Shown: positions 28,681 to 38,515, counted from the first letter of the stretch. The stretch is 64,000 nt of DNA from Anaerolineales bacterium (GCA_044226485.1 JBGAGY010000007.1:195060-259059); one strand, 5' to 3'. Numbers and translations: made by a program. Notes: generated by a model not told the origin, from the letters alone.

Positions 28681-29311
28681 TTGTCCCCCCAATTCATGCT
28701 CGTGTGTGCGGGCGGCAAGAGCGCCGGTGTCCCTGGCCGTCCGGATGGTGACCGCAGGGAGGGGAGGGTGAGGTCGAGCGCGCTCGCCGCTCCTCTGCCC
28801 ATTGACCCCTGACAATGATCGAACGCTTCGCGCCGACCCCGATCCGAACATGAGGATGTCCGGTCATCGGAGATCCGCGTTGACGCGGGATCAGCCGCCC
28901 TTCACGGTAACAAACAATCGCGGCGGACACCGTAAGCCGGCGCCCAAAACCGGCTCAAGTGCGCGTGAATACGGACGTCCGGAGCCACGCCGAGCAACAG
29001 CTCCACCGTGGTGGTCCCAAACGTTTCGGTCGGCTTGACCTTTCGCCCGCTCGGCGAGACACTCAGTGCACACGCTCCCGGTCAGCGGGTCAGCCTGATA
29101 GTCGGGTTGTTGACACCAAGGATCGTCGCCCTCACACCCGACCGCTGAAGACAACGTAACGGTTCGTTCTCATTTCTGACGGGTGCGTCGATGACGCATG
29201 ACGCCTTAGGACGAACGCATCCAGCTGACGTAGATGCTCGGGGCCCAACTCAAGTTGACGTCGGCTCATCCGCTACACAGCTGATGTAGGCCGTTCGGCG
29301 GCTTCACGCGA

Positions 29312-30601
29312 ATGATGATGGGTAGGTCAACCATGATCTACGACATGTACGAGCTTCTTGGACGCGGCATCATTGCGACGCGCTCGGGGCGATTCGAAGA
29401 AGGCGTCAGGTACCTGAGTCTGGCGGCTAAGATCGAGCCTCGGAATCCACGTGTATGGCTGTGGCTGGCCGCCGCAGACGACACTCTTGAGGAGAAGCGA
29501 AAGCACCTTCAACAAGCCCTCGAAGTTGACCCAAACACCCTGGTGGCTGAAGTGCTTCTGGATCGCCTGGACCGTCAAGAGATCCCTGCTGGCCAGCCAG
29601 CCACAGACTTTGTCTGCTTTACTTGCCCCAGTTGTGGCGGAAAACAACGCTTTGACCCTGACCTACCGGCTTTGGTATGTCAGTCATGCAACGAGGTTGA
29701 GTACATTGCGTTGCAGCTTCATGCCCCACAAGCGGAACTTGATCTGGACCTGGCCCTGGCGAGCGAATCTGGAAATTGGTCTGTACTGACCAGTGTGGCA
29801 TCGTGTGGGGCTTGCGGTGCCAAGACGTCCCTCCCGCCCCATCGCGCTACGTTGCGCTGTCCTTTCTGTGACTCGGATCTCATCACCGTTCGACCTGCCA
29901 CCCCGGGCCTCGTGACACCGACAGCGATCGCACCGTTTCACTACCACGAAGATGATGTGCTCGAGCTCTTAACGGAGCAATGGAGGATGCGGCCAGCCGA
30001 AGCGCGCCAACTGTATGAAAGTCGAGAAATCGTTGTTTCGGCTGTCTATCTGCCCTTCTGGTCGTTTGACGGGCAAGTGCAAATTCGGTGCGTTCTGGAG
30101 CGGCGCGTCTATCCTGAGACGTATTCAGCCACTGAGCGCGTCGTCACGCGCGACAGCTGGCCCGGTCGATCGAGTTGGTTTGAGTGCGACATAGACGATC
30201 TTCTGGTGTATGCCACGGCCGCACTCTCTGAGGATGAGGTCGGACGGATTCTGCCGTTTGACATGAGATCGCTCCTAGACTTCCGCCCTGCCATTCTGGC
30301 CGGCTGGCAGGCCGAGCACTATCAGATTGCTCTGGAAGATGCCGGGATCGTAGCCCACAAGCGCATGCGAGACGTGGCCTTCAATCGCGCAGCGCACCAC
30401 GGGCTCTTTTTGGAGCCAGCGGCGATGCTTCAAAGCGATATCTTCATCCTGGACCGGACGTACAAGCTGATCCTCCTTCCGATATTCCTCGTGAAGCGAA
30501 GCACGCCCGGCAACACCCGGCGACTCCTCATCAACGGCCAGACTGGCAAGGTGGCCGCAGAACATGGCAATTGGGTGGACCAACTGAAAAAGTGGTTCTA
30601 A
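29312..30601 (+). CDS. TPR + double zinc-ribbon protein (YdjG-like uncharacterised family)
   Basis: N-terminal TPR (RFEEGVRYLSLAAKIEPRNPRVWLWLA). Two CxxC...CxxC ribbons (CFTCPSCGG...CQSCN; CGACGA...CPFCDS). Conserved C-terminal core ending LLPIFLVKRSTPGNTRRLLINGQTGKVAAEHG. Confidence 0.7.
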   Translation: MMMGRSTMIYDMYELLGRGIIATRSGRFEEGVRYLSLAAKIEPRNPRVWLWLAAADDTLEEKRKHLQQALEVDPNTLVAEVLLDRLDRQEIPAGQPATDFVCFTCPSCGGKQRFDPDLPALVCQSCNEVEYIALQLHAPQAELDLDLALASESGNWSVLTSVASCGACGAKTSLPPHRATLRCPFCDSDLITVRPATPGLVTPTAIAPFHYHEDDVLELLTEQWRMRPAEARQLYESREIVVSAVYLPFWSFDGQVQIRCVLERRVYPETYSATERVVTRDSWPGRSSWFECDIDDLLVYATAALSEDEVGRILPFDMRSLLDFRPAILAGWQAEHYQIALEDAGIVAHKRMRDVAFNRAAHHGLFLEPAAMLQSDIFILDRTYKLILLPIFLVKRSTPGNTRRLLINGQTGKVAAEHGNWVDQLKKWF

Positions 30602-30778
30602 ACACTGCGAGTTCTGTAACAGCTACACATAAGCACTCCCAGCCCCCGAACAGTCGCATCCCGAGAAAACCTCGGCTTGCCAACCGAATCCCGCGCCTTC
30701 TCTACGTGTAGCAAACGACATCCCGCCCTAGGATGACCTTGGCCCACCGCTTCAATACCGGTCGGCTCTCGGACTTGC

Positions 30779-33319
30779 ATGATTCACTGGCGAGCTCTTC
30801 CCGGCAGCCTCACACACCCCGTCGAAGTGGATTCGGCCCACCTCCTGTGGGTCGGAGGTGGGCTGGGCACCTTGTTTCTGGCGCTCGGGTCCTTCATCGT
30901 TTACGGTATCGTCGATGCGACCACCCATGTCCTGATCAACAACTTGTTCTTTCCTGTGGTGGGGTTGTCCGCCACCCTGTGTTGGGGGTACGTGGCATGG
31001 AGGGCGCGTTCGCATCATCCGGAATTAAGTCGGGCCTGGTGGGTCCTGACCGCGGCTCAGTTCTGCTGGTTCCTGGGCGACACCACGTGGCTGATCCTCG
31101 AGAGTTTTCTCCATTGGGAGCCCTACCCGTCCCTGGCGGACGGGTTCTATCTAGCGTATTACGCCATCTTCTTGTACGGCGTGTTGCTGTTGCCCGGCCA
31201 ACGACGAACCCGCTTCGACCGGACCAAACGAGTCCTTGACGCGGCTGCCGTGTTTTTGTGCGTGAGTCTGTTTTACTGGGTGTTTTGGCTTGGTCCGTTA
31301 GCCCAGACGATGGACGCCTCGGATCCGGTCGGCCTATGGGTGTCGATAGCTTATCCCATCGGCGACCTGGTCCTGGTCTGGGCCCTTCTGACGTTGCTCA
31401 TGCGTCAGCTGCGAGGTTCATCGCGCGGGGCCTTGATGTTACTGGGTGCGAGCGCCTTGATCGGTGTGGCCTTCGACCTCCTGTATTCGCTCGAAGTCGC
31501 CCAGGGCACTTATGTGAGTGGAGGTTTCATCGATCTGGGATGGCTGATCGTCATGGTGGTATCGCTGTGGGCCGGGGTCATTCAGGCTGCCAACCCGCCC
31601 CGCGCTACTACCTTTCCCGAGACACCCGACTCGGAGTGGATCCAAGGCTGGCGTGCCCGGGTGCGGCGGTTCATGCCCTATGTCAGCTTGTTTGGCGTCC
31701 TGGCGCTGCAGGTGTATGTCCGTCATGGAGGGACCCCTGCGTGGCTTACACAAGCTGCATGGATCATTGATGTCGCTGTGATCGCACTGGTCTTGCTTGT
31801 CAGCGTTCGGCAACTCCTCACTCAGAGCGAGAATGCTCGCCTAACAGCCCAGCTACGCTCGGAGTTGAAGGAACGCCAGACGGTGGAGATGACTCTCCGT
31901 CAAGAGATTGAGCAACGCCAGCAGATTGAGGTCGCCCTTCACGAAAGCCAGGATCGGTTGTCTTATGAGATGGTCCACGATGCAGTGACGGGCCTGCCGA
32001 ACCGTGTGTTTTTCATGGACCGTCTGAGGCGGGCGATCGAACGCGCTGAACGAGAGCCGGAGTACCGGTTCGCGGTGCTCTTCCTGGACCTGGATGCCTT
32101 CAAGGTAGTCAATGACAGTCTTGGCCAATCCGCGGCCGATCTGGTGTTAAGAGGCGTCGCCGAGCGCCTGATCGGCTGTGCGCGCACCGGCGACGTCCTG
32201 GCGCGTTTTGGCGGCGACGAGTTTGTCTTGCTACTCGATCAGCTTCATGATCCGCGCGCAGTGACGGACGTGGCGGATCACATTCAGGCCGTGCTGGCCG
32301 GTGCCATCAGTGTGCCAGGCGGCGCGGCCCATTGCTCCGCCAGCATCGGCGTGTGTTACAGCGGCGTCGGATCTCAGGACGCCGAAGACATCGTCCGAAA
32401 TGCGGACCTGGCCATGTACCAGGCCAAGGAATCTGGCAAAGCACGCTATGCGGTCTTCGATACGGGGCTAGGAGCGCAGGCTCTAGCACGCAATTCGCTT
32501 GGCAGTGCTTTGCGTGGTGCTCTTGAACGGAACGAGCTACGCCTTGTCTATCAGCCGATCACGGACGCCATCAGCCATCGGGTGACTGGCGTCGAGGCGC
32601 TGCTGCGTTGGAGGCATCCCCGTCTGGGCGACGTGTCGCCAGCTGAGTTCATCCCGCTCGCCGAGGAAACAGGCCTGATCGTGCCCATTGGCTGGATGGT
32701 GCTGCGCGAGGCCTGCAACCAAATGTCGGCCTGGCACAAGAGTCAGATCTGTGGTGACCGAGCCTGCACGGTGAGTGTCAATCTATCGCCGCGCCAATTC
32801 CGGCAGCCCGATCTGGTCGAGCAGGTCATCCAGGCACTCCAGCAGGCCGACTTAGCGCCCGAGTATCTCGTCATTGAGGTTACCGAGAGCGTGATCATGG
32901 CAGACGCATCCTTGGCGGTGACCCACATGCGCCGCTTGCGCCAGATCGGCGTCGACCTGCAGGTCGACGACTTCGGCACCGGATATTCGTCGTTGAGCTA
33001 CTTGCAGCAGTTTCCGATCAGCGGGCTGAAGATCGATCGCGCCTTTGTGACGGATCTCGAACACGACGAGCGCAATCGCAGCATTGTGCAGACCATCGTG
33101 ACGCTCGCACACTCCCTGCACCTCCGTGTGATCGCCGAGGGAGTGGAGACTGCCGAGCAAGCCGCCCTCCTCACAGCGTTACAGGCCGACCGGATGCAGG
33201 GTTTCTGGATCTCAAAGGGTCTAGAGCCGAACGACTTCCCCTCGTTTTTGACCCACTTTCGTCTGGGCGGGACCGGGCGCCTGCCAGGACAGCGACCGGT
33301 GACCCGCCCCTTGGTGTAA
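30779..33319 (+). CDS. membrane-anchored GGDEF-EAL (diguanylate cyclase/phosphodiesterase) protein
   Basis: About 330 aa of polytopic N-terminal domain, a coiled linker, GGDEF (RFGGDEFVLLL) and EAL (GVEALLRWRHP ... DDFGTGYSSLSYL). Confidence 0.9.
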   Translation: MIHWRALPGSLTHPVEVDSAHLLWVGGGLGTLFLALGSFIVYGIVDATTHVLINNLFFPVVGLSATLCWGYVAWRARSHHPELSRAWWVLTAAQFCWFLGDTTWLILESFLHWEPYPSLADGFYLAYYAIFLYGVLLLPGQRRTRFDRTKRVLDAAAVFLCVSLFYWVFWLGPLAQTMDASDPVGLWVSIAYPIGDLVLVWALLTLLMRQLRGSSRGALMLLGASALIGVAFDLLYSLEVAQGTYVSGGFIDLGWLIVMVVSLWAGVIQAANPPRATTFPETPDSEWIQGWRARVRRFMPYVSLFGVLALQVYVRHGGTPAWLTQAAWIIDVAVIALVLLVSVRQLLTQSENARLTAQLRSELKERQTVEMTLRQEIEQRQQIEVALHESQDRLSYEMVHDAVTGLPNRVFFMDRLRRAIERAEREPEYRFAVLFLDLDAFKVVNDSLGQSAADLVLRGVAERLIGCARTGDVLARFGGDEFVLLLDQLHDPRAVTDVADHIQAVLAGAISVPGGAAHCSASIGVCYSGVGSQDAEDIVRNADLAMYQAKESGKARYAVFDTGLGAQALARNSLGSALRGALERNELRLVYQPITDAISHRVTGVEALLRWRHPRLGDVSPAEFIPLAEETGLIVPIGWMVLREACNQMSAWHKSQICGDRACTVSVNLSPRQFRQPDLVEQVIQALQQADLAPEYLVIEVTESVIMADASLAVTHMRRLRQIGVDLQVDDFGTGYSSLSYLQQFPISGLKIDRAFVTDLEHDERNRSIVQTIVTLAHSLHLRVIAEGVETAEQAALLTALQADRMQGFWISKGLEPNDFPSFLTHFRLGGTGRLPGQRPVTRPLV

Positions 33320-33677
33320 GGCGGAAGGACAGGCGCCAGGCCCCCTGCCTGTCGTCATCGATTCAAACGGCGAACGTTGCTCAAGGTCGCGTGTGCCGAC
33401 ATACTTTTCCCACCGCAAGACGCGTGACGCGTCGGATCACGGTCGCCTGCTTCTTCAAGCGGCTGCCTGCCACTGCGCCGTCGTCACACCCTCTCATCGG
33501 CCCCATGGAACCGCTCTCCGCACGCCACGTTCGGACGCTAGCGGGGATACCTGCGGTGCGAAAAAACATGTCGCAAGCTCTGATCTGACGGACGTGGATG
33601 ATCGGTCTGACGTGTGGCAGAGGTGTGCGTCCGCGTCAGGTTCATCCGCTGTTCCAGATGGCTAAGCCTGGTGTTAG

Positions 33678-34835
33678 TTAATTCGTATCCAAGGTGCCAG
33701 GCAACACAAGACTGAACGTCGTCCCATCCGCCTCGCTTGATTCGAACGATACCTGGCCACTCAAATAGCGTTCACCTATCAGCTTCAGGCTGTACGTGCC
33801 CAGGCCACGGCCGGCGCCCTTGGTCGAGAAGGACCGTAGGAACAGCTGGAGCTGGACGTTCCGAGGAATATAAGCGTGGTTGTGAACCCAGAAACAGACC
33901 CCGGACCCACGCCGATCGCAGCCGATCGTCACGGTCTCGCCGGGCATCGAGGCCTCAAGGGCATTCTTGAGCATGTTGCCCAAGACACGACCCAGTAACG
34001 TTGAGTCTGTCACCAGTGAAAGGTTATCCGAGACGGGCACGACGGCAATCTGCCGCCCAGCGGCCACTTCGTGCTGACCATAGAGCTGGGCCAGCGCATC
34101 CAGCAAGCCCGCAGGTTCGACGGTTTGGAGGTTGAGCTGGAGCTCGTTGTTCTCAGCCTCTACCAGTTGCCGTTGAGCCTGGATCTCGTCTCGTAATCGA
34201 TCCGCTGCCTGCGCGAGCATGTCGGGTATCGGCAATTCGACGGCCGTTTCGGAGGCGTGGCTCAGGATGTAGGCCAGATTGCTGATGATCCCGGCGGTGT
34301 TGTTGAGATCGTGGAAGAACGTTCGCTCCAAGATCAGACGCCGTTTCTCGTGGCTGATGTCCGTGATCGCGAAGATCGTGAAGAGTTCGCCTTCGAAGGT
34401 GAAGGGCGTCGCCTGCACCCGTAGATCCAGCGCTTCGTCTGCGTCGCCGCGGTGGCGCGTGATGCGGCACTCGCGCACAGCCGCATGCCCGGCCTGGGCG
34501 GCCAGGGTCGCTCGGACAGCGCCACACTCCTGGCAGAATTCGCTGGTTCCGCACCCTCCCACGTTTTCGGTCGCATGAACACAGGCCAGGGCCTCTCCAG
34601 GCCGCAAGCTGACCCAGGCGGCTGACCTGGGCTCTGGGGCGAACGAGTCCATCCGGGCATTGAAATACACGATCTGACGCTGGGCGTTGAGGATCAAGAC
34701 ACCGGTCGGAACGGCGTCCGAGAACGCCGCCAGGACATCGGCGTGGGCCAGGCGCTCGGCCTGGCGTTGGATGTCACCGGCATCGGCCCGTTCGGCGGGG
34801 GCAAATGCAGTCGGCAGGAAGGTTTGTGCAGGCAT
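33678..34835 (-). CDS. soluble sensor histidine kinase with Cys-rich PAS-like input domain
   Basis: The PAS-like region carries C-x9-C-x5-C-x2-C (ACVHATENVGGCGTSEFCQECGAV). H-box FFHDLNNTAG; ATPase boxes LKNALEA and GRGLGTYSLKL. No TM segments and no adjacent response regulator. Confidence 0.85.
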   Translation of the reverse strand: MPAQTFLPTAFAPAERADAGDIQRQAERLAHADVLAAFSDAVPTGVLILNAQRQIVYFNARMDSFAPEPRSAAWVSLRPGEALACVHATENVGGCGTSEFCQECGAVRATLAAQAGHAAVRECRITRHRGDADEALDLRVQATPFTFEGELFTIFAITDISHEKRRLILERTFFHDLNNTAGIISNLAYILSHASETAVELPIPDMLAQAADRLRDEIQAQRQLVEAENNELQLNLQTVEPAGLLDALAQLYGQHEVAAGRQIAVVPVSDNLSLVTDSTLLGRVLGNMLKNALEASMPGETVTIGCDRRGSGVCFWVHNHAYIPRNVQLQLFLRSFSTKGAGRGLGTYSLKLIGERYLSGQVSFESSEADGTTFSLVLPGTLDTN

Positions 34836-35341
34836 CTTGGATCGCAGACTCCCGTCCGTTTCAGTGCACAGGCTATTCCCGAAACAGAACCGTAACCCTC
34901 AAAAAACCGCCCAAGATCTGATCGGTCCAAACACCCGTTGCGCATGCGGCCCGATCTGCGCCGGACGGGGTTGTTCCGATGATTGCGGAGCGATGAGCAA
35001 TGCGCCGATCGTGAGCATCCATCGCCACAATCATGTCTGGCAGGTCGGGTTCAACTAAAGCCGGACCGTCGAGATCCGCTTACTCTTCTACAGTCTTGGC
35101 CAGATCGATGATGGGCCAGCCAGGCGGATAGGCTGAGCCATGAAGCGATGTGCAGCTTTTGGATCGCGCTTGCCTTCGCCTTTCTCGCTGGGCGAACGCT
35201 CCGCTTATGGCGCCGAGTTCAGGTGGCTCAAGCACAGCTGCAGCCGGGCGTTCGATAGCTTCTCCCGACCGAGCCATCGGTCCAGCCGCAGAAACCAGGC
35301 GCGGGCAGCGGTGGGCGTCCGAGGCATATATCGGGTGAGAG

Positions 35342-35376
35342 CGAGATCGCGGTGGCCCGATGCCACCGCGATCTCG
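35342..35376 (-). terminator. 15-bp-stem hairpin directly after the hemerythrin gene
   Basis: CGAGATCGCGGTGGC (35342-35356) pairs with GCCACCGCGATCTCG (35362-35376), 8 nt after the TAA stop. No clear U-tract. Confidence 0.5.
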
Positions 35377-35384
35377 GACGGCGC

Positions 35385-35795
35385 TTATGCGGGCAGCTTC
35401 GCTTTGGCGCAGGCACGCAGCTTGGTGTCGACGCGCAGGATGTGGTTCACCAGCCAGGCAGAGGTCTGCTGCTGGAGATCGACGGCCAGGGCTGTCGTGG
35501 GCCCTTCGACCGCAAAGCGCTTCTGCATGGACGTGAACAGCTCGACAAACTGGGCGTGGGCCAGCTTGTTGGCGGATGCCGCCGGGCAGCGATGCTCCTC
35601 CATGCAGGTCTCTTCCTTGCCGAAGTGCATCACGGCGTACTGGCCGAGGAAGTTCAGGATCTTGCCGATCTCGTCCTTGCCCTGCCCGGCTGCCATCGCG
35701 GCATACAGCTGGTTGAGCTGCCGAACCAGTTCCTTGTGCTGAGTGTCGATCTCTTCCACGCCGGTGCTGAACGAGTCATTCCATTCGAGTTTCAT
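35385..35795 (-). CDS. bacteriohemerythrin (stand-alone hemerythrin-like O2/metal-binding protein)
   Basis: MKLEWNDSFSTGVEEIDTQHKELV...HFGKEE...HAQF...WLVNHILRVD carries the hemerythrin His/Glu ligand pattern. SD GAGGA lies 6 nt upstream. Confidence 0.9.
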   Translation of the reverse strand: MKLEWNDSFSTGVEEIDTQHKELVRQLNQLYAAMAAGQGKDEIGKILNFLGQYAVMHFGKEETCMEEHRCPAASANKLAHAQFVELFTSMQKRFAVEGPTTALAVDLQQQTSAWLVNHILRVDTKLRACAKAKLPA

Positions 35796-35804
35796 CGTGC
35801 ATCC

Positions 35805-36707
35805 TCACAAGTTCTGTGGCCGATCACCGGACGGTTGATCCGGTGTATGGCGCCCGCCGGCTGGCCACGGCTCGGCGAGGCGACAGAGAGCCTCGTTGAG
35901 GCTCTTGAGTTGCGTGGTGGACTCGGCGTTCCGGTCACTGAAGGCGGCGATGGACGTGAACGTCTGGATCAGGCTCTCGTTGGCGTCCTCGATGTCGCGC
36001 AGGGTGGATTGAGCGGCCTGGATGCTGGCCAGCGAGGCAGCGGCGTCGCTGCCGATCGCGACGAACGCTTCCTCTGAGTTGGCGGTGAGCTGTAAGGCCT
36101 GTTCGACGTCGACTGCCACGCGCTCCATGGCCTGTACCAGGTCGTCGGCATCGCGGTGAACCAGCTGGGTCAGTTGCGAGATCTCTTTGGTGCGGCCCTT
36201 GGAGCGCTCGGCGAGCTTGCGCATCTCGGCCGCGACGACCGCGAAGCCGCGCCCGTTGTCGCCGGCATGGGCCGCCTCGATGGCGGCGTTCAGCGACAGC
36301 AAGGTGCTCTGAGACGCGATCTCCTCAATCGTCTCCGACATCGCGTCGATTTCGCGGAAGTGCTTGCCGAGTTGACGAACGCGTTGCGCCAGTTCGGTCG
36401 AGGCTTCTTTCATGTGACGCATGCCGATGGCGAGTTGAGCGGACACGGCCTTGCCGTCGTCGGCCGTCTGCACCGAATGCTCAGCACCCGCCGTGACGTC
36501 TTCCATGGCGGAGGTCGTTTGTCCAACGGAGATCAGCAGCATGCTACGGGCGAGGCTGGCCTGCTCAATGACAAGCCGTTGTCGATCCGTGCTCTCCTGA
36601 AGCTCCGTGATCAGCCGGGCCGACTCACGCGCAGCGGCCGCCATCGTCTCGAAGGAATCTCGGGTGGCGGGCATGGCCTCGGCAGAGAGAAAGGTGTCGT
36701 TTGGCAC
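35805..36707 (-). CDS. soluble methyl-accepting chemotaxis protein (signalling domain only)
   Basis: 300 aa with no TM or sensor domain; conserved hairpin [35 protein letters not shown]. Confidence 0.85.
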   Translation of the reverse strand: MPNDTFLSAEAMPATRDSFETMAAAARESARLITELQESTDRQRLVIEQASLARSMLLISVGQTTSAMEDVTAGAEHSVQTADDGKAVSAQLAIGMRHMKEASTELAQRVRQLGKHFREIDAMSETIEEIASQSTLLSLNAAIEAAHAGDNGRGFAVVAAEMRKLAERSKGRTKEISQLTQLVHRDADDLVQAMERVAVDVEQALQLTANSEEAFVAIGSDAAASLASIQAAQSTLRDIEDANESLIQTFTSIAAFSDRNAESTTQLKSLNEALCRLAEPWPAGGRHTPDQPSGDRPQNL

Positions 36708-36888
36708 GTCGACTCGGACATACTCAAGTTGTCAGTCCGCTGTGACAGACAACTTCAGCGATCCTACATCCGCTCATTGGAGGTGACCAGAAAAGGCCTG
36801 TAAATACGGCCGGAAGTGTGCGTTTTCCGAGCGATCGGATCAGCTTTGACTCAATGAGCGCGCCGGCGTCTGCGGTTATGCGACCGTA

Positions 36889-37335
36889 TTGGAATATCGG
36901 AGCGTCGAAGTGGGGCTGGTCAGCAAGCCATTGCCATTGACCACGGTGTCCAGCAACGTGGTGCAGGTCGCGACGGCTGCCGGCAAGTTGGCCGCTACAG
37001 CGGGACAGACCGGATTGGCCACCCCTCAGATCGGAACAGCCATGCAGCAGGTGGCGGGCGGTACGCAGAAGGAGCCGCTGGTACTGAGCGAAGAGACTTC
37101 CGCGGTCGTCGAAGAGGTCAGTGCGAGCGCCGAGGAAATGAGTGCCCAGGTTGAGGAAGTGGGCGCCAGCGCTCGGTCGCTAAACGACATGGCCGGAAAT
37201 CTCCAACAGGTGGTTAGCCTGTTCCGGGTAGGACCAGAGGGTGGAGCAGTCTTCGATCCGACGACATCTGATGCGACCGTGACGTTGCCCGTGACCTACG
37301 AGTTGAACTCGGTTGCGAGGGCTTCCAGGGCATAG
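36889..37335 (+). pseudogene. C-terminal fragment of an MCP gene
   Basis: Only the distal signalling helix is present ([47 protein letters not shown]). It is closely parallel to the C-terminus of the 26608..28680 MCP. There is no sensor, HAMP or hairpin tip, and the start is non-ATG. Confidence 0.6.
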
Positions 37336-37990
37336 ACGATTGCGTCGGCGCGAAACTGGATCCACCTGGACGAGGCGACGTCACGGTACTGATTCTCTTC
37401 AGTCGATGCGTGGACTGACGAAGGCCCGGCCGTTGTGCGGCTCGGGCCTTCTCGGTGAGGCGGCTCAGGTTCCTGCGGCGACCTGGGCTGTACCAATCGT
37501 GACCTCGAAGCAGCGCGCTCAAGTGTTCTGGAACGAGGCCGACAGGCAGGGGAGACTGCTCCACCACTCGGATGATGCCCCTTGTCTCAGAAGGCGAACG
37601 CCGGATCAGGCGTTCCATGGATTCTCCCGACCCAGCAAGTTGATTTCGTGCATGCGGTTCTCAAGCGAGACCTCAGCGACCAGCTGCTTGAGCTGATTCA
37701 CCTCGCGGCGCAGCTTGCTGCGCCGCGCTGTTCAGAGACATCGTGCGTATCAGCCTGGCGTTCGGTGTCGCCCACCAGGCGCTTCTTGCCAGCATCGAGG
37801 AACTCTTTGCTCCAGGAGTCTTAGAGGTTGGTGGCGATGCCTTCTCGCCGGCAGAGTGCGGACCATGTCCGCACGCACAGCCGGTCTCGCCACGGATACC
37901 TTCGAGGACAAGGCGGATCTTTTTTCAAACTGAGAATATCTGCGCGGTCAACGACCGACGGTCACCCGCCGGGTGGGGCGAACGGTCTCC
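37296..37990 (-). mobile_element. decayed IS3-family insertion sequence remnant (orfA plus start of orfB)
   Basis: Minus-strand pieces in three frames: RRYSQFEK / KIRLVLEGIRGET / ALCRREGIATNL*DSWSKEFLDAGKKRLVGDTERQADTHDV / LRREVNQLKQLVAEVSLENR (IS3 OrfA HTH plus leucine zipper). Then ERLIRRSPSETRGIIRVVEQSPLPV (OrfB N-terminus). There are several frameshifts and an in-frame TAA, and the catalytic DDE part is missing. Ends are approximate. Confidence 0.65.
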
Positions 37991-38182
37991 TCAACGGACG
38001 TCTTCTTCCTCGGAATAGCGGCCCTCCATTAGGCAATATTACGGCCAGAAGTGTAACAATCTCATAGACTATTGTGACCGTGTTCGGCTGACGTACAGGC
38101 GGCGAGCCCTCGGCTGACTCGCCCTGCAACAGTTGTCACCGAAACCTGTCAAAACAATGAACCTTCGATTGGAGCGTGTGGT

Positions 38183-38515
38183 ATGTACAAGGACATCCTC
38201 TTAGCGAAATGGACGGGACGAGCCGTCAACGACAACGGGTTTGAACTCGACGTCGTGATCGACTTTAGCGGACCCATTGAGGTCGGGGAGCTGTGCGGGT
38301 CATTCTCGATCCCGACCAACCCGTGCTCGGGCATATTCCGTCTTCTGGGCGTCGAAGGTAACACTCTCGTCCTTCACGCGGAGCAGAAGCAGGGCGATTG
38401 TGGTGAGGATGAAACGATATTTGACTCGGTTGAGCTCCTCTCGGATGGAACGCTGCTCTATGTTTCCCGTGGTCACGGTTGGGAAGCCCGAGGCCGGTTG
38501 CAGCGCACGGTCTGA
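38183..38515 (+). CDS. hypothetical protein (110 aa)
   Basis: Clean ORF with ordinary amino-acid composition in a locally lower-GC patch next to the IS remnant. No family recognised. Confidence 0.5.
   Translation: MYKDILLAKWTGRAVNDNGFELDVVIDFSGPIEVGELCGSFSIPTNPCSGIFRLLGVEGNTLVLHAEQKQGDCGEDETIFDSVELLSDGTLLYVSRGHGWEARGRLQRTV

Noticed and set aside
28681-28851. Upstream extensions of several longest ORFs (26608..28851, 13330..13509, 43459..43692, 17499..17711, 12711..12791, 50776..50877).
   Set aside because: Each extension has odd composition or overlaps a neighbouring gene. An internal ATG with a Shine-Dalgarno motif gives a protein whose N-terminus matches family expectations.
35165-35200. 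Possible degenerate seventh copy of the heptamer repeat (CCTTCGCCTTTCTCGCTGGGCGAACGCT) in the gap between the hemerythrin and kinase genes.
   Set aside because: Only a 6-bp TTCGCC/GGCGAA pairing and two loosely matching units are present. This is too weak to distinguish from chance in a GC-rich genome.
35796-35807. The in-frame TGA between the MCP and hemerythrin ORFs as selenocysteine or programmed read-through.
   Set aside because: No SECIS-like hairpin follows the TGA, and the TGA overlaps a good SD (GAGGA) with an ATG 6 nt later. This is the normal signature of two translationally coupled genes. Read-through is noted as a testable possibility only.
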